This document shows positions 23,056 through 37,541 of a stretch of DNA of 64,000 bases, piece after piece. Under the pieces are notes generated by a model that was not told the origin of the DNA, made no database searches, and was given only the letters and a program-made list of their open reading frames with translations. How positions within the stretch are numbered: position 1 is the stretch's first letter; each line of letters opens with the position of its first letter. Source of the DNA: Lama guanicoe (taxonomy: Eukaryota); the NCBI GenBank assembly GCA_013239625.1, contig MU054187.1:17972711-18036710 (forward strand), in the 5' to 3' direction. A program made the translations under genes and the position numbers.

Positions 23056-26000
23056 TCTAAGCAATGCAAACTCTGTTATAGTCCTCTCGCTTCCATAAAT
23101 CTTTGTCTTTTTTTTTCATTTTTAATTAAAAACAAAACTCGGTATTTCCATTACCTGGTTCTCATATTTTATTTCATTTTATGCCAGCTGTAACTGACTC
23201 TTGATGTTTCTTTCCATTAGGTTATAACTGAGATTTAGTTATAACATTAGGACAAACCTTGGGATAGATGCCCCACCTACAGACTCTTATAAGGAGATCT
23301 CATTTGTCTTAGGTGATTCTTCAACCACAGGGTTCTATCCTGATTCCATATGGCCCTGTTAGCTATAGCTGATTGGACAGGGGCAGGTCACGAGACTCAT
23401 GAACAGCCAGGCTACAGATTGGAAAGCAGCCCATGGAAACAATTGTAAGAAAATCTCTATTCAAATAATGAAAATGGTGACTAATTTGACTTATAAAATT
23501 CCTTCACTTGGAAATTCCAACTGGCTAGGTAAGGAGAGAATTTTTTAGGTTGCAGTGCATTGTGAGGGAAAAATGAATCATGAAAAATTCTGGCTGGCAC
23601 ACTTCCTTACTGACACAAGATCCTCCAAATCTCTTTACCTCTGGTATTGGGACCAGCAATATTCCAGAGGGTGAGCCCTTCAGCTTAGATCTAGAATAAG
23701 GACCATCCAGAACAAAGAACCACCTTGATTCACAGCAGAGATGTAATATGAGTGAGAAATTATCCTGTATTTTATTTCTCTGAGCTTTGAGAGATAGCCT
23801 CTCTCTCTGGTATAATTTAGTTTTTCCTGACTAATACAAAAATAGATACTGGTTCTTGTGGGGAGGTAAGTTTGGAGTAGAATATTCTTTCTGGAAAAAT
23901 TGCTTTTCATTACCATATATTTAAGATTGAACAAGGAATTTACAGGTTATGACTCTTTATAGATTATGCAAATTTCTTTCCAGATTATGACTCTTCAGAT
24001 TATGTGTTTTAAACTAAAATTGACTGTTTCCATTCCCTAGGTGAATGCAAAATGGAAGAGGTTATATAATTTTGTGAACAAAGTTGCTTATAAAACTGAC
24101 TCTAAAATGCTTACAGCTGAAAGTGGCTTTTATACTTCACTTTGATATTTTGAACGAATATGCCATTAGGTGAAATGCAGTTGATCTAGATCTGGAATTT
24201 CTTTTAAAGATGTTCCCCATTTCAAGATACAGTACAATCAATGTGGATACTTAAAAGGGTGTCAACACTGACTGAATGTGACTTGGGCTGTTTGCCAATT
24301 TCTTTTGTATTATCTCTATCCAAGAGATGGTCTTCCACACAGAGACAAAATAAAAGGATGTCTCAAGGTTAAAAAATTCATCTTCCTCAGCCAGAGTACT
24401 GATGAAATAGATTTTTATCCGATATGATTGTTCTCTGAAAGCACTAATATTATTTCATCTCTATTCATGAGAACTTTAAGAGACAAATTCCGGAAGGACA
24501 ATACCTTTCTTTATATTGGCTTCTTTAAGGCTCAAAGACTTGTTGGATTGCAGAACAGAATTAATAGCAGTTCAAACACTCCATCTGCAGATGGTTGGGG
24601 GTAGGGTGGTTAGGGAAAAGGGCTTTATTGAATTGTCATAGGAGGAAATGAAGCTTGCTAAAAACATATCTGCTATGAAACTATAACAGAAAAGAAAAAA
24701 GAATACTTCCATTTTTCCAGACTTGATCATCGTAATTCTCCCAAGAATGCTATTATGCTGAGATTCCTGCAGAAATGGCATAATTGGCCAATATGTTTGA
24801 GGTGTAGGTGGCATAATTTTACAGAAATTATTATGGTTAGTGCTGTGGAATAATTGAGTCGTTGCTTCTCTTTTATTTTCTTCCTTTAGTGTGTCTTATC
24901 TCACAACAAACTCTTTAAAAACTGTGCAACCAGGGGAAATGAATCTAATATGGCTGGCGATTTAGAAATTAATTTTTCAGGAGATGGGTATTGACTTATT
25001 CAAACATTTATTTTATTAGTGTTTCCTGGGATAACAATTAAAGGCAATAAAAGCTTTAATACTGCTTGATAGACACTCACATGTTTGGAATAGTAAATAT
25101 GATTAAATGTTGCAAATAATTACTTAGAAAAAGTACATATTTGTGAAGGATTATTATTTTGGATTTCTAGTAGATAACATAAAGCAACAATACTTTTAAT
25201 CAACAATCATGTCTTTCAAGCATTAAGTATTATGACTTCACAGTTTTACTAGGTAAAATAATACTAATTTATAAGGAAATAGATCTAAAAAAGTAAATAC
25301 AGGAATCAAAGTAGTGGTTATCCAGATATATGTTAGCCTTTTTTGTACTGCTCCCCATGGTTTTGTTATCAAAAGCATGTAATACCTTTGTAATTTAAAA
25401 AAAAGTAATAAAGAAAATAGAAACAACTATAGAACAGAGAGTAAATGGAAAGATAAAGTATGCCTTACTGTGTTTGTGTCTGATAAGTTTCGTCTGCTTT
25501 CTTTTGTTTCTCACTAGGCATAATTAAAATCATTGCCTATAATACCAACTCAAATACAATTTTCTGATTTATGATTTTTAATTCATTCTTATTATTCAAA
25601 ATGAATTTACTAAAGCTCCATGCATGATTTTTTTACACTTTAAATCATTTAATATTTAAAATAAGCTTGAACATGCCCAGTTATACAGAGAATATGTTAT
25701 CTTTGCCCCCTCAAGCTTTGCTGAATTTTTAAAATTGAACTTAGCCTCTCTGTAAACATGCACAATATTCATTTTTGCCCTTTAGAAGAACAATTTGGGT
25801 TATGAATATTTTGGAAAGTGGTTCAGCTGTTTAAATAACAATAATGGATTTTCCTCAGCAATTTTGTTTGTTGGAGTTTAATCATGCTCTCAAGCACACT
25901 TAATTTGTGGATTAGAGCTTTTTGAACAATATAATCACAAAGACAATTACAAAGTGTTACAGAAATTATTTGCAAGGCAAAGAACAAGATGGTCAGCACA

Positions 26001-26089
26001 ACTGTTCCAGGCGGTACCAGTGAAGCAGATGTGAAGGATACGTGAACAGTCACCAACAGACTGTTTCCAAACTTGGTCATGTATTTTTG

Positions 26090-26215
26090 CATTGATTTGT
26101 TTGAAAATTGCTTGTTGAATACCTACTCTGTTTCATGCAGTGACTGTGCTAGATCTTGGCTTTATATGGATGAGCCAGTGCAGACATATCCCTACCTCAT
26201 AGAGCTTTCAAGAAT
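26090..26215 (-). mobile_element. L2 3' fragment
   Basis: 'ttgttgaatacctactctgt...actgtgctagat...ccctacctcatagagcttt'. Confidence 0.6.
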
Positions 26216-26449
26216 GAATTAGGCACCAGCCATGCTGAACATTGGCAAGGAACAGGCTGCTTACTAATATGCTCACTTCTTTTTGTTTCCACTTATTCAA
26301 CTGTGTCTTTATTAACATCATAGAGTTTGTTCTTAAACTTGATTATGCCAGTTGGACTTGTTATTTTAATTATATAGTTTTCATAGTAATTCAATTAACT
26401 ATAGCTTGAACAAACATAATCTGATTGCAAATAGAAAACTGTCTCTCCG

Positions 26450-26780
26450 GTCTACTTTCTGCAACCTGCCACCCTAGCCTCTCCCAACATATTTCCACGG
26501 TTCTGAGTTTGTTCACAGCAGTGTCTCTTTCATGGCTCCAGGTCCTGCTGGAAAAACCATTGATTGCTACTTACACTACATGACCCTGGTCTATGGGTTC
26601 AGGCTAAACCGTATCCTCTAACCCAGGAGTGACAATGCTTCCTGCTATGGCTTATTTCTGGGTTAATGAAACCACAGGTCCTGACATCACCTATGCATCT
26701 ACTTTTCTGTATTAATATCTCACTGTTTTAAATACTTATTAGGGTTCCTGTTTTCCTTGGTCGACCCTGACAAAGACAGA
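26450..26780 (+). mobile_element. Old ERVL-class LTR (LTR33/LTR50-like) 3' part
   Basis: 'tctaacccaggagtgacaatgcttcctgct...ctgtattaa...ttcctgttttcct...gaccctgacaaagaca' LTR terminus ending in CA. Confidence 0.55.
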
Positions 26781-27360
26781 GCTTAACCACAAATGCTTCT
26801 GAATTTATGCATGTTCACTGATGTTATCCTCTGCTGCCTAGGGTTGCTCTACTTTCAGATTATAATTCAATGAATTGATAATCAGTGGCAACAGGAGTGG
26901 GGCAGTAAGTATATCGGTACTCCAAAATGGGAATTGCACTCAATTCACAGATTCCACATTGATGGGACTGCTACTCAGTGGGCAGGTCATGAATCCTTAG
27001 ATCAGTGACCCCAGCAGTCAGTATTGATCTGTTGAATTACAAAGCAAATTTATCCATGGTACTTGGAAATTAAGAGAAGTGACGGTATGTTGATGCTTGT
27101 TGTCTAAGCCTCTTGCTTATTGTGAAATCTGGACAAGATGTTTAATGTACTCAATTTGTCTTCGATAGGTATTTCTTAAGGAGGTAACTATTTTTAAACT
27201 TCAAAAGATTCTTTGGAAATGACTAGTGGGAGAGGAGAACAAACAAATGTGGAGGAGCAGAATATATTGTGCAAGATTAGAACTTTACTAAAGGTAAACA
27301 TGCTTAATCTGTTGGAAGTAGGGAGAGAGATGCTAAGAATGTGTAGTCAAAGCATCTTGT

Positions 27361-28330
27361 AGAATAAAAGCAAAAATAAACAAGTGGGGCCTAATTAAAT
27401 TTATAAGCTTTTGCACAGCAAAGGAAACCATAAGCAAAAAAAAAAAAGACAACCTATGGAATGGGAGAAAACATTTGCAAAAGATGAAACTGACAAGGGC
27501 TCAATTTCCACAATATACAAATATCCCATACAATGTAATAAGAAAAAAAAATCCAAAAATGGGCAGAAGACCTAAACAAGCAATTCTTCAATGAAGACAT
27601 ACAAATGGCCATGAAAAATGAAAAAATGCTCCATGTTGCTAATAATCAGAGAAATGCAAATCAAAACTGCAATGAGATATCATCTCATACCAGTCACAAT
27701 GGCTGTCATTCAAAAGCCCACAAGTGATAACTGCTGGAGAGGCTGTAGAGAAAAGGGAACTGTTGGTAAGAATGTAGTTTGGTGCAGCCATTGTGGAAAA
27801 CAGTATGGAGAGTCTTCAAAAAACTAAAATAGACTTACTATATGATCCAGCAATCTCACTCCTGGGCATATATTTAGAGGGAACTTTAATTCAGAAAGAT
27901 AACATGCACTCCAATATATACACTCACTATTACAACAGCCAAGATATGGAAGCAACCTAAATATCCATTGACAGATGACTGAATAAAGAAGTTGAGGTAT
28001 ATTTATACAATGGAATACTACTCAGCCATAAAATATAATAAAATATTGCCACCTGCAGCAACATGGATGAACCTGGAAATTGTCATTCTAAGTGAAGTAA
28101 GCTAGAAAGAGAAATAAAAAGGAATTCAAGATTTGCCAATACTAACTACTATATATAAAATAGATAAACAACAAGATTATACTGTAGTCAACGTTCAATA
28201 TCTTGTCGTAACCTACAATGAAAAAGAATATGAAAATGAATCTGTGTATGTATATGTATGACTGAACTATTACACTGCACACCAGAAACTGACACTGCAT
28301 TGTAAACTGACTATACTTCAATTAAAAAAA
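27361..28330 (+). mobile_element. Young camelid/artiodactyl L1, 5'-truncated, with a 3' UTR deletion
   Basis: ORF2 C-terminal peptide '[17 protein letters not shown]' and terminal 'tgtaaactgactatacttcaattaaaaaaa'. TSD core AAAGCATC at 27349-27356 and 28328-28335. Confidence 0.92.
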
Positions 28331-28344
28331 GCATCATAATATGA

Positions 28345-28412
28345 ATTTATTGAAAAAATTCTGTCTATCAGTGAACCAGTGCAGTTTGAATCCATGTTGC
28401 TGAAGGGTCACT
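28345..28412. mobile_element. Tigger2-type terminal fragment
   Basis: 'attgaaaaaattctgtctatcagtgaaccagtgcagtttgaatccatgttgctgaagggtcac' resembles the right end of the MITE at 21710-21948. Confidence 0.6.
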
Positions 28413-28839
28413 TTCACTCTATCATGACCAGCAGGAAGAGGAAATAACCAGGCTGTATTTCCTTTTCCTGTTTCCTTTATTATTTGATTGGTACCAGGAG
28501 TAACCAGCAACGTGGCTCTGAATATTGGAGGCACCAGGAGGTGCTAAAAACTGTCACAGTGCTAGCCTACCCAAACCTCTTTTATCATGTTCCCACCACT
28601 AAAAAAATGACAAATAGATTGAATATAACACTGTGAAAAAGCAATTTCAGCGTAAAATATTTTCCCTTTTGAAGCTGTATTTGACCATTAAATGCACACA
28701 AATAGAAGCAAGAAAATATCTTTCCAGCACCACACCTAAACACAGCCATCATTAATAATTTAGTGTTTTATCTGTAAATAGTTCTAATCTTTTAAACACA
28801 GAACACAGATGTCCTTGAGTTTGTAAGCAAAAATGAGTT

Positions 28840-29990
28840 TGTAATTTTTTCTCTTTCTTTAAACTTTTCGTTGAAATAGACAGAGAAAAAAGTGAAAATA
28901 AGTGTCCAGATCAATGCAGGTTCACAAATTGAACACAACCAATACCAGCAATCAAATAAAAAAACAGGATACTATCAGAACCTCAGAAGCCCCTTTTATT
29001 TCTAGTACCTGCACCCCCTTTCCCTGCAAGGAGAAACGCTATTATAACTTCTACAGCGTGGATTGGTTTTTACTGTACTTTATGTGCACGAAATCGCACA
29101 ATACATATTCTTATGTTTGCCTACTTCCAGTCAGCATTGTGTTTGTTTGGTTTATCTATATTTTTACAAGTGGTTGTAGATTGCCCATTCTCATTGCTGC
29201 ATTTAGCTGTGTGAATATACAAGAATTATTTATCTATTCTATTGTTACTGGGGATTTGGGTATTTGCAGATTTGGGCTACTTCATATAATGCTCTTATGA
29301 AAGTTTCAGTACAAATCTTTTAGTGAATATATGCACACATTTAAATACTGCTAAACATTTTCGCACAGTAGTATACCAATTTACACCAGCACCAGCTATA
29401 CATGAGAGTTTCAATTTTGACATCTTGTCAATGTTTGTTTTATTTTTCTGTTTTTTTTTTAATTTATTTTGTTTTGTTTTCTTTTAGCCATTCTAGTGAA
29501 TGTGTATTGTTATCACATCATGGTTTAAATCTGCACTTCTTTAATGACTCACTCACATACCACTTTTTGCTAATTTATATTGGCCATTTGGAAATAGTTT
29601 TTGTGAACAATTTATTCAAAACTTTTGCACACTTTTTGGAAGTTATCTTTCCTTTTCTTACTGATTTGTAGGGCTCCTGACATATTTTAGGAATTAGTTG
29701 TTTATTAGATTGACATCTAAGGCTACTCTGAAGTTTGCCTTTTTATTCTCTTTATGGTGTATTTTGATAAACATAACATTTTCATTTTATTACAGTCTAA
29801 TTTATCAATATTTTTAATAGTGATTTTTGTGTTTCACTTTTGTCCACTCCAAGGTCATAAAGATGTTTGGCTTAATTTTATGCTAAATATTTTAGATATT
29901 TTCTTTTTTACACTTGTATCTGTCACCCATCTGGAACTGATTTTTGTGTATAATGTGATATTTTTTGTCCTATGTGATCCAGGCCTCGGC
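28840..29990 (-). mobile_element. Ancient L1ME-like 3' region
   Basis: Antisense L1 motifs 'taccaatttacac', 'ttttagccattctagt', 'attggccatttgga' and 'ccatctggaactgatttttgtgta'. Confidence 0.75.
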
Positions 29991-31019
29991 AAATTCCACG
30001 TGTAAACTCAGCTGTACTTTTGAAAAATGAGAGGATTAGTAGAATAAACTGCTGTCTACATGGCCTGAAGTTTGTCCCAAGGGCATAATTAGCATTAATC
30101 ATCTGCCTTCTCTCCCATCCCTTCTATATTTCTCTTACCTCTGCCAGCCCTTCATTTGCACAGATAGCCTTCATCATTTAGAGCTCTGAGCCTCTGGTTA
30201 TCCTGCTTTTGTCAGGTCACAGGTGACACAATGGTCCCTTTTCTACTATCAGTAGACGTGGGAAGGCCAAGAGAAGCCCAATATGCCTTAGAGTTCCAGA
30301 AATAGCCTCCCTACTGCTGTCTTTTAGCAGCATGTCAGCTCTTTCGGAAAACTGGAGCCAATTACTCCCACTAGTATAGTAGCTCTTTTCTTTGACTGCT
30401 TGAGGAGCTAAAGTGGCTGAGTGGTAGTCCCAGCATGAAGTCAGCGGAACACTTACTGTATCCATACCGGAAGCATCAGCCACCTTTGCCACCTCCCACG
30501 CACTTCCAGTGTTTCAGAACTTCTACCCCCACAAAGGCTAAAGCTGCAGCAATAGAAAGCACAGATTACCCAGGTGAATCCCTGAGAGTGACGGTGAGAA
30601 GATGAACCTGTGTATTTTTGCTGCTGGTTATATAGTACCATACAGAGGCCATTGGTTTAACATGCCTGCCACGTCCTGGAGGGCAGTGCCTGTAACTTGC
30701 AGGATGTTGTCCCCAAGCTGAACCTCTAAGAATCTATTGCAATGCTCTATCATGCTGCTATATAATAGTTACGAGGTTGGAAGAACCAGTGGGTCCTCTG
30801 ATCAGCACCCATGTTTGCACCTAATTAGCTATAAAATGGGATCCTAGGTATGATGCATTCACATAATTTGGGCATCTCCTTTTGATCAGTCAAGCAGATC
30901 AGGCCCTGGGATAGTGGTGCTAGCAGAGATAAATCCGTATCTAGGATCCCCCTGTCTCTTTCTCTCTCTCTCCATGCATTTGTCCCCATTAATAGCTTCC
31001 ATCTCAAGATACGGTGTGT

Positions 31020-31305
31020 TTTGAGAAAGAGAAATACTGTGTGATATCGCTTACATGTGGAATCCAAAAAGCACAATAAACTAGTGCATATAACATAAAA
31101 GAAGCAGACTCACAGAGATAGAGAATGAACTAGTGGTTACTAGTGGGGAGCAGGGGAGAGGCAACACAGGTTGGGGGCAGTGGGAGGGACAAACTGTTGG
31201 GGGTAAGACAGGCTGAAGGGTGTATTGTACAACACTTGGAATATAGCCAGTATTTTATAACTGTAAATGGAAAGTAACCTTTAAAATTGTATAAAAATTG
31301 AAAAT
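31020..31305 (+). mobile_element. Artiodactyl-type L1 3' UTR (L1_Art-like)
   Basis: 'gatatcgcttacatgtggaatc...gaagcagactcacaga...gtattgtacaacac...aatggaaagtaacctttaaaattgt'. Confidence 0.85.
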
Positions 31306-31549
31306 TACCAAAAAACCTTCCACGATATGGTATGTCTGAGAACACAGTCTGGCTGATGTAATTGAATGGGACAGCCTTTCTACCTGGTTTCTCCTTGTCT
31401 CTTCACCATCAGATGATGACTGATAAGAGACACAAAGGTGTGCACATTGTGTACCCACTCTCACGTCTTCATCCACATACATTTTCTCCAGATACTCAAG
31501 TCTCCGATTTTCTAAAATTATTCTTTTGACCCCTTACCAATGAACAACA

Positions 31550-31640
31550 TCAGGAGTGAGTAAACTCTTTAATTAAAGGACCAGAGAGTAAAGTTTCTGG
31601 GCTCTGCAGGCCAGGACGGATTTTTCTACAACTACTCAAA
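31550..31640. mobile_element. MER58-like hAT fragment
   Basis: 'cagg...aaact...taaaggaccagagagtaaa...ggctctgcaggcca...caactactcaa'. Confidence 0.6.
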
Positions 31641-33389
31641 GGAAATAACATTCCACCAGTAAGTACAATACTTGCCCTTGATTTGAAATAGATGCTCTAT
31701 TTCATATTGATACAATACAATTTTATGGATAATTTTGAGTAAGCTTAATAGAAGAATGAATTTGAGAATTTAATGCCTTACTTTTATTACTTAATTTTCT
31801 TATAGTAATGGTGTATTATGGGAAAAGTTTTCCAAGTATGGAACCAACTTCCCCTTTTGAGGTAAACTATATCATGCCAATGTATTATTCTTTCAAAACT
31901 GCTACGGAATTATATTCATTAATATTGTATTTAGAAATTTATTTCAATAGCATAAATGAACTTTTTCGCTTTTTTGGTTTTGGCACAGTGCACATTTGAC
32001 TCTGTTCTCAAAACATTTATATAACATGTGCATTATCAACATTTTGAAAGTTTGGAAGAATTTATAATAAAAACCTTGGGATTTCGAATGTTTGAGAACT
32101 TATCGGAGTGTATCTTATATAAATTTCTAATTCTAATACATTATACGCTATTTTCAAGAAAATTACATTTAGGCCTTAAAATGTATCATATGTCTTAGAT
32201 TTCTTTTTATAATTCTTACAATTTGTAAACCTAAAACAAAATCAGAGAAGAATGTTATGGTCGACTGATTGTTTTCATGTTGCTTGTTTGTACTTTTGTT
32301 TCTCCCTTGATTATATTTTCCAGAGAGTTCTCAGTTTTGCTGCTTTCTTAAAGAAACATCTCTCAAATTTATCAATTTCATTTTTTCTTTTGCATTCCTG
32401 TGTTTATTTCCTTGTGAGTTTCATATAATGTTTTGGTTATTCCTTTTACAGACTCTAGATTTTAGTGCTTTTCTCTGCTTAAATACTGACTGTACTTAAA
32501 GTGATGCCCTTTGTCCTCATCTCCTATGCAGAATGTATAAACAACTAAAATGCATTAAGTTGCACCCTGAGCTCGTTTTCTTTTTTGCCTGCAAAGGATG
32601 GCACAAATGAGTTATGTGCTTTATCACAATAATGGCATGAGTAAGTACAGCTGTCCTTTTCATAATGTGGGAAAACTGAGGCTGAAAGATGTTAAAAAAC
32701 TTATTTAAAGTTATTCAGCTAGTAAGGTAGAATGGGTATATCATATGTGTCTATATTTGTGCTTCAAGAAAGAAATCCCTTCCTTCCTTAGTTTCACTGT
32801 TAATTGTAAATGGATCTTGTGGCCTGACCGTAAATATTTTGCATTCCAATTACTGGTTTATGCAGTTATATGTGAATTCTATATCTAATAATTTTCTAGA
32901 CTGAAACAATTTTAAGCAATTAAAAATTCACAAATAAGTGGAATGAAAAAAAATTAAGTGTAAGTCTTCAAATAACGGAGAAGCCATCACCTGAGAATTC
33001 ATAGCTAGGGGTCTTGGGGAGAATTGTTTTGCAGAAACTCAACTTCCTTTGTTTTGAACTACTTGTACAAGGAAAGCCATTAAGGAAACTTCAGAGAAGT
33101 AATTTCCAAAACAAAACCTAAAAAATAACTTAAATTAATGCAAATGACTTGATTTGTTATTATTTATTATTGTCCTGGTATCAAATATGTATCTACTCGG
33201 TTGCTTGGAAGTATATGCTTTCATAAATTCAACATGTAATGTGCTAGAAAGTCTTTTAGAATGATATTTTCTGTTCCTATAGTTATTTCTAAGCATGTAT
33301 TACCAAAAGAAGTAGCAATGTTTGCCCGGGATAATAGGATCATGCATTTTGACTTGAAAATATGATAAATCTCAAAGTGAATAGTGAAA

Positions 33390-33730
33390 ATTTTTTTTAA
33401 ATTGAAGTATTATCATTTACAATGTGTCGATTTCTGTTGTACAGCGCAATGTCCCACTCATGCATATATATATATACATATATATATATATACACACACA
33501 CATTCATTTTTCATATTTTTTTCATTTAAAGTTATTATAAGATATTGAACATAGCTCCCTGTGCTATACAGCAAAAACTTTTTTAAAAATCAATTTTTAT
33601 ATATGATGGCTAACATTTGTAATCAAACTCCCAAATTTATCCCCTCCTATCCCCTTTCCCCAGTAACCATAAGATCGTTCACTATTTCTGTGAGTCTGTT
33701 TCTGTTTTGTGAAGAGTTTATAGTGTCCTT
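33390..33730 (-). mobile_element. Camelid L1 3' end containing a (TA)n(CA)n microsatellite
   Basis: Poly-T, then 'aattgaagtat...ccctgtgctatacag...aactcccaaatttatccc...ctgtgagtctgtttctgttttgt'. Confidence 0.88.
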
Positions 33731-34884
33731 TGAAATCTTAAATAGCAATAAAACAAATAATGAAATTCAACATATGTGACATGATTTCTCACCTTGTTTA
33801 ATATAACACATTAAGGGTGTTACCTATACAACTATGAAAACTTCAGTTTTATGTGTTAGACTAAGGATATAGCTAATTGTGTGAATTACTTCTGGCTTTT
33901 TGTCTCCCACAGCTCCATCGTTTCCTGCTCACCCTGGCAATATCATAAAGGTCCTGGGATCTATTTCTTTCCCAGAGATATTCTGGTTAGAAGGGAACAG
34001 AAAATAATTGGGAAGAATTGTTTTTATCCATAAAAGGACATTCCCCGTGCTTTTTCACAGGAGCGATGAGAAAGCAGAAGTGAAAATCCTTCATCTTTCC
34101 ACATACTAATGAGCAAAATATTTTTTCTTGTCTAAGAGGTCATGTGTTGCAGGCTCTTCTCATTTGGAAATGTCAAAGGATATCTTAATTCCATTTGATC
34201 TGTTGAGGCAGCTTGGAGAGCAACCACTAACACCCAATGGGCACCGTGCCTTCTCCCCCAGAGAGATATTTGTAGCCTTGGGCGTGCTCACCAGCTGCAG
34301 CTTACAAGTGTCAATGGACCAAATGACGGAGGTGGGTCTTCAGGAGTTCCCTGCACTCCTACTTGAAGCCCGAAGGCTGTGCTCCAGAGATATAAATGTA
34401 GGACCTATGTGCTTCTGCACATCTCATATGTTAATCCAGCCAAGGGAAATCTGTATGAACATACAGCCCTTATCCTGCCTGGTGCCAGGAAAGACTGAGT
34501 TAAAGGGAAGAACCCATAGGGCTGGATTAGAAATACACGCTCATTTTCTGCTATGCTCTCTGTGATTACTTTTGTGGAAACTTGTCATGGAAAGATGACT
34601 GTCATAACAAACACTTCCTAATCTGAACTGCTCTTCCTTCCTCTTAAGCTTTGTCCATTGGAGAGAAAAAAAAACTGTTTCTTATATAGTTTTGCAAAAA
34701 TTAAATACCTCCTTCCGTAGGAGACCAGGTGGCGTAAGATGTAATCATTTATGTTCATGGCATCTAACAAACCCAGGATACCATAGCATAGACAACTCAG
34801 CTCTCAGTTCCTGAAAACTGGATTCCGCTACCTCTCAGCAATTGACAAATCCTTCTTCCTGCCGTGAGGGAAGGCGTCGTAATT

Positions 34885-35035
34885 AAGAGATAAACCTGAG
34901 CGTCAGGCCTGACTCCCACTCTACCACTTATCAGCTACAGGTCTTAACTTCTCTAAGCCTCTGTTTTCTGGCTAAAAATGAAGACGGTAACTGTTACTGT
35001 GGAGATGAAATGAGAATTTATACAAACTTTGCTAG
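34885..35035 (+). mobile_element. MIR fragment
   Basis: 'ctctaccacttatcagct...ttaacttctctaagcctctgttttct...gatgaaatgaga'. Confidence 0.7.
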
Positions 35036-36562
35036 ATCATGCATTCAACGTTTATTTGTTAATACTGATAAATTGCCAGGAATTGAACTCACTGCTTGAG
35101 ATACACCAGTGGACAGCGTGGTCTCAAACACGTGACTTGCATTGCATTCACCATCTAGCACCATCCTTGACATAAAGTAAGCCCATAGTAGTCAAAACTC
35201 CTTCACTTGTAAAAGAAAGACGTCCACCTTTAACTAACGCGAAAATTGGTGAAATTCTCAGGTCATTGTGAAGAGATCAGCAGGAGCATCCGATTTATGA
35301 CTCCAAAAACTGAAGTTGTCTGGCTGTAAACAGAAGGGGTGGTGCTCAAATTCAGCTTTTCACTGAGTGGGATTCCCTGTGCTACAGCCGAAATCCAAAT
35401 TTCCTGCAAAGTTGCTGAATGCTAGCAGCTAGCCTTCTCAGATCTTAGAAAGCTGGCACCTGGGCTCTGAGTGCCAGATACCTGAGCATGTGGTATTTTT
35501 TCTCTAGACAAGACTATTTCCGTGTTGCAGGTCAGCATCCCTCTCCTGGAGCAGAGATCGTCAGTGTCCAGTACCTCTATGCACATAGCCTCTACACACA
35601 TTCCCATGCGATGGTGAGAGAACAAGCGGTCACGTGCCTCCTCTTGTCAACTACATGCACATTTTTCCAGCGAAGCATCTTCTTCCAAATCATCTGAAGT
35701 TGTACTGTTATCCTACACCCAACTTATCACATAAACCACCTACAGAAAGGGCAGGGGTAGGGTCAGCCTTGTGTACAGGGTACAGGGACCCTTTATTTTC
35801 TCTCATTATTGCATTCTTTTCTTACTACTCCTCTCTGTCTCTTAGTCCATCTTCTAAGGTCCTGACTGCCTGCTTGAATCTGAAACCATGGCTGTCAGCA
35901 GCACCAAGCTTATATCAAAATATGAAGAGAGATTTCTTTCTCACTGGCTATAACGGAAAATTGTGAAAAGGCGCTCAGCCCAAATGGGGGTTATGTGCCC
36001 ATACCTGGATCAGCTACTGTGTTTAGGGAGCAGACACTGGAGACACTCAGAGTTGGGTGTCCTCACTTGTACTTCTTTATGTATTCATTCAACAAATACT
36101 AAGTGCCCACTATGAGCCATGCACTGCTCCAGGGCCTGGAGATATAAGCACAAGTAATTAATGGTGGCCACCCTCAAGGAACCTATTGTCTGGTTGGGAA
36201 AGAGATGGTGACATTTCTTGAATATTAACAATACACTGGGCCATCTCATTATACATTATTACTAACCTTTGCAAAATTCTATGGAAAAAAATTTCTCTGG
36301 AATTGCTTTATTATCACCTTTTGATAGAGGAATAAATTGAGTCTTCAAGTGAATCCACCATTAGCAGTGACTTATTAGAGGACAGACGATGTACGAGGTA
36401 TGGTTCTTAGTTGTGGGGACCAGAGGTAAACAGAGAGATTAAATAACTTAACTTTAGTTGTTACGTTTAGTTCATTTTTCATGTGACGCCCCTCCTCACG
36501 CCCCGGTTTTTATATCATTTGGAGTTGACGGAATTAAGCATTCTGTCCCACATTAAAATGCA

Positions 36563-36576
36563 GTTGCCATGGAAAC
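36563..36576. promoter_or_regulatory. RFX X-box (GTTGCCATGGAAAC)
   Basis: 13/14 match to the palindromic RFX consensus GTTGCCATGGCAAC. Confidence 0.5.
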
Positions 36577-37527
36577 CTCAGAGCAAAAGGCAGAGCCATG
36601 ACTTAAACCTGGCTTGTTTGGTTCCACTACACTGTGGGTTCTTTATCACAACCTGCCCTCAAGAAGGGCTCTGAGGAAAGTCATTCATAGGGTGTCCACC
36701 ACTGGTAACTTTCTGATGACATCTTTTGGGAACACATCTTGAGGTCAATAAATGAAAGAATCATGAAAACAGACTTATTTTGATTGAAGAACTGGGGCAG
36801 GTTTTTTCATTACTAATATCAGTTCAAAAAAAAAGTTGTTCTTTTTATGATGTATTATCGCTTTTGTTTTACTAATTCCAGGTCAGTCTGAAGCTGAGCG
36901 AGAAATTCAGTTCCGTGGGATTTCACCTCCGAATCATGATGAACCCCCTTGTGGCCTGGCTCCTCGGTGCTTAAATACATAACAGTGGAGAGATATCTAA
37001 GCGAAACAGGAGGGAGGTTTCCGTTCTCCTTTATCAGGGAAAAAGAAGTAGCCATATGAAAGACTTAATTAAAAGATGACAAAGAGATTTTTAAAAATGG
37101 GCTTTGCCATAGGATATGGCACTTGGAGTAAAAGTAAAGAAGCAGTACAGCTGTGGCCCCGACAAAGAGAAACCCGTTTCTCCTCAGGTTCAACAAAAAG
37201 ATCCCTTTTCAAAGGATGCGATTAGAAGTGGTGGCAACATGTTGTATATATTCGTCCGATTGTCTGGTAACAACTTCAAGGACTCAAGCTGTCTAAATCA
37301 CTTTTTGGAACAAAGGGTGTGTATCAATAATGAATCAGACATGGCACAAGGATTAAACAAGGGTTCCCTGGCAGGCTTAGTGAAAACATTTAGGTGCCAT
37401 TTCTCCTCATCCCCTCCTCAATTTAAAAACGGCACAGAATTGTACATGTTAATATGTCACGCTGCGTGCTCTTATATTGGCAGAGTCTTTCGATACCTTC
37501 TGAAAACAAAAATCCCAGAACTCCGCC

Positions 37528-37541
37528 GTTCCCATGGCAAC
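37528..37541. promoter_or_regulatory. RFX X-box (GTTCCCATGGCAAC)
   Basis: 13/14 match to GTTGCCATGGCAAC in unique, relatively CpG-rich sequence, 14 nt before a donor-like AAG|GTGAGG. Confidence 0.55.

Noticed and set aside
23221..23245. 9-bp inverted repeat gttataact/agttataac
   Set aside because: AT-rich and short, so plausible by chance in 64 kb.
23943..24005. Four spaced 'agattatg'-like units that superficially resemble an array
   Set aside because: Irregular short microduplications in mammalian DNA, not a CRISPR-like or functional array. Similar trivial duplications occur near 7805, 15948 and 22422.
34128..34565. 145-aa ORF
   Set aside because: Non-ATG start, no recognisable domain and no supporting splice structure.
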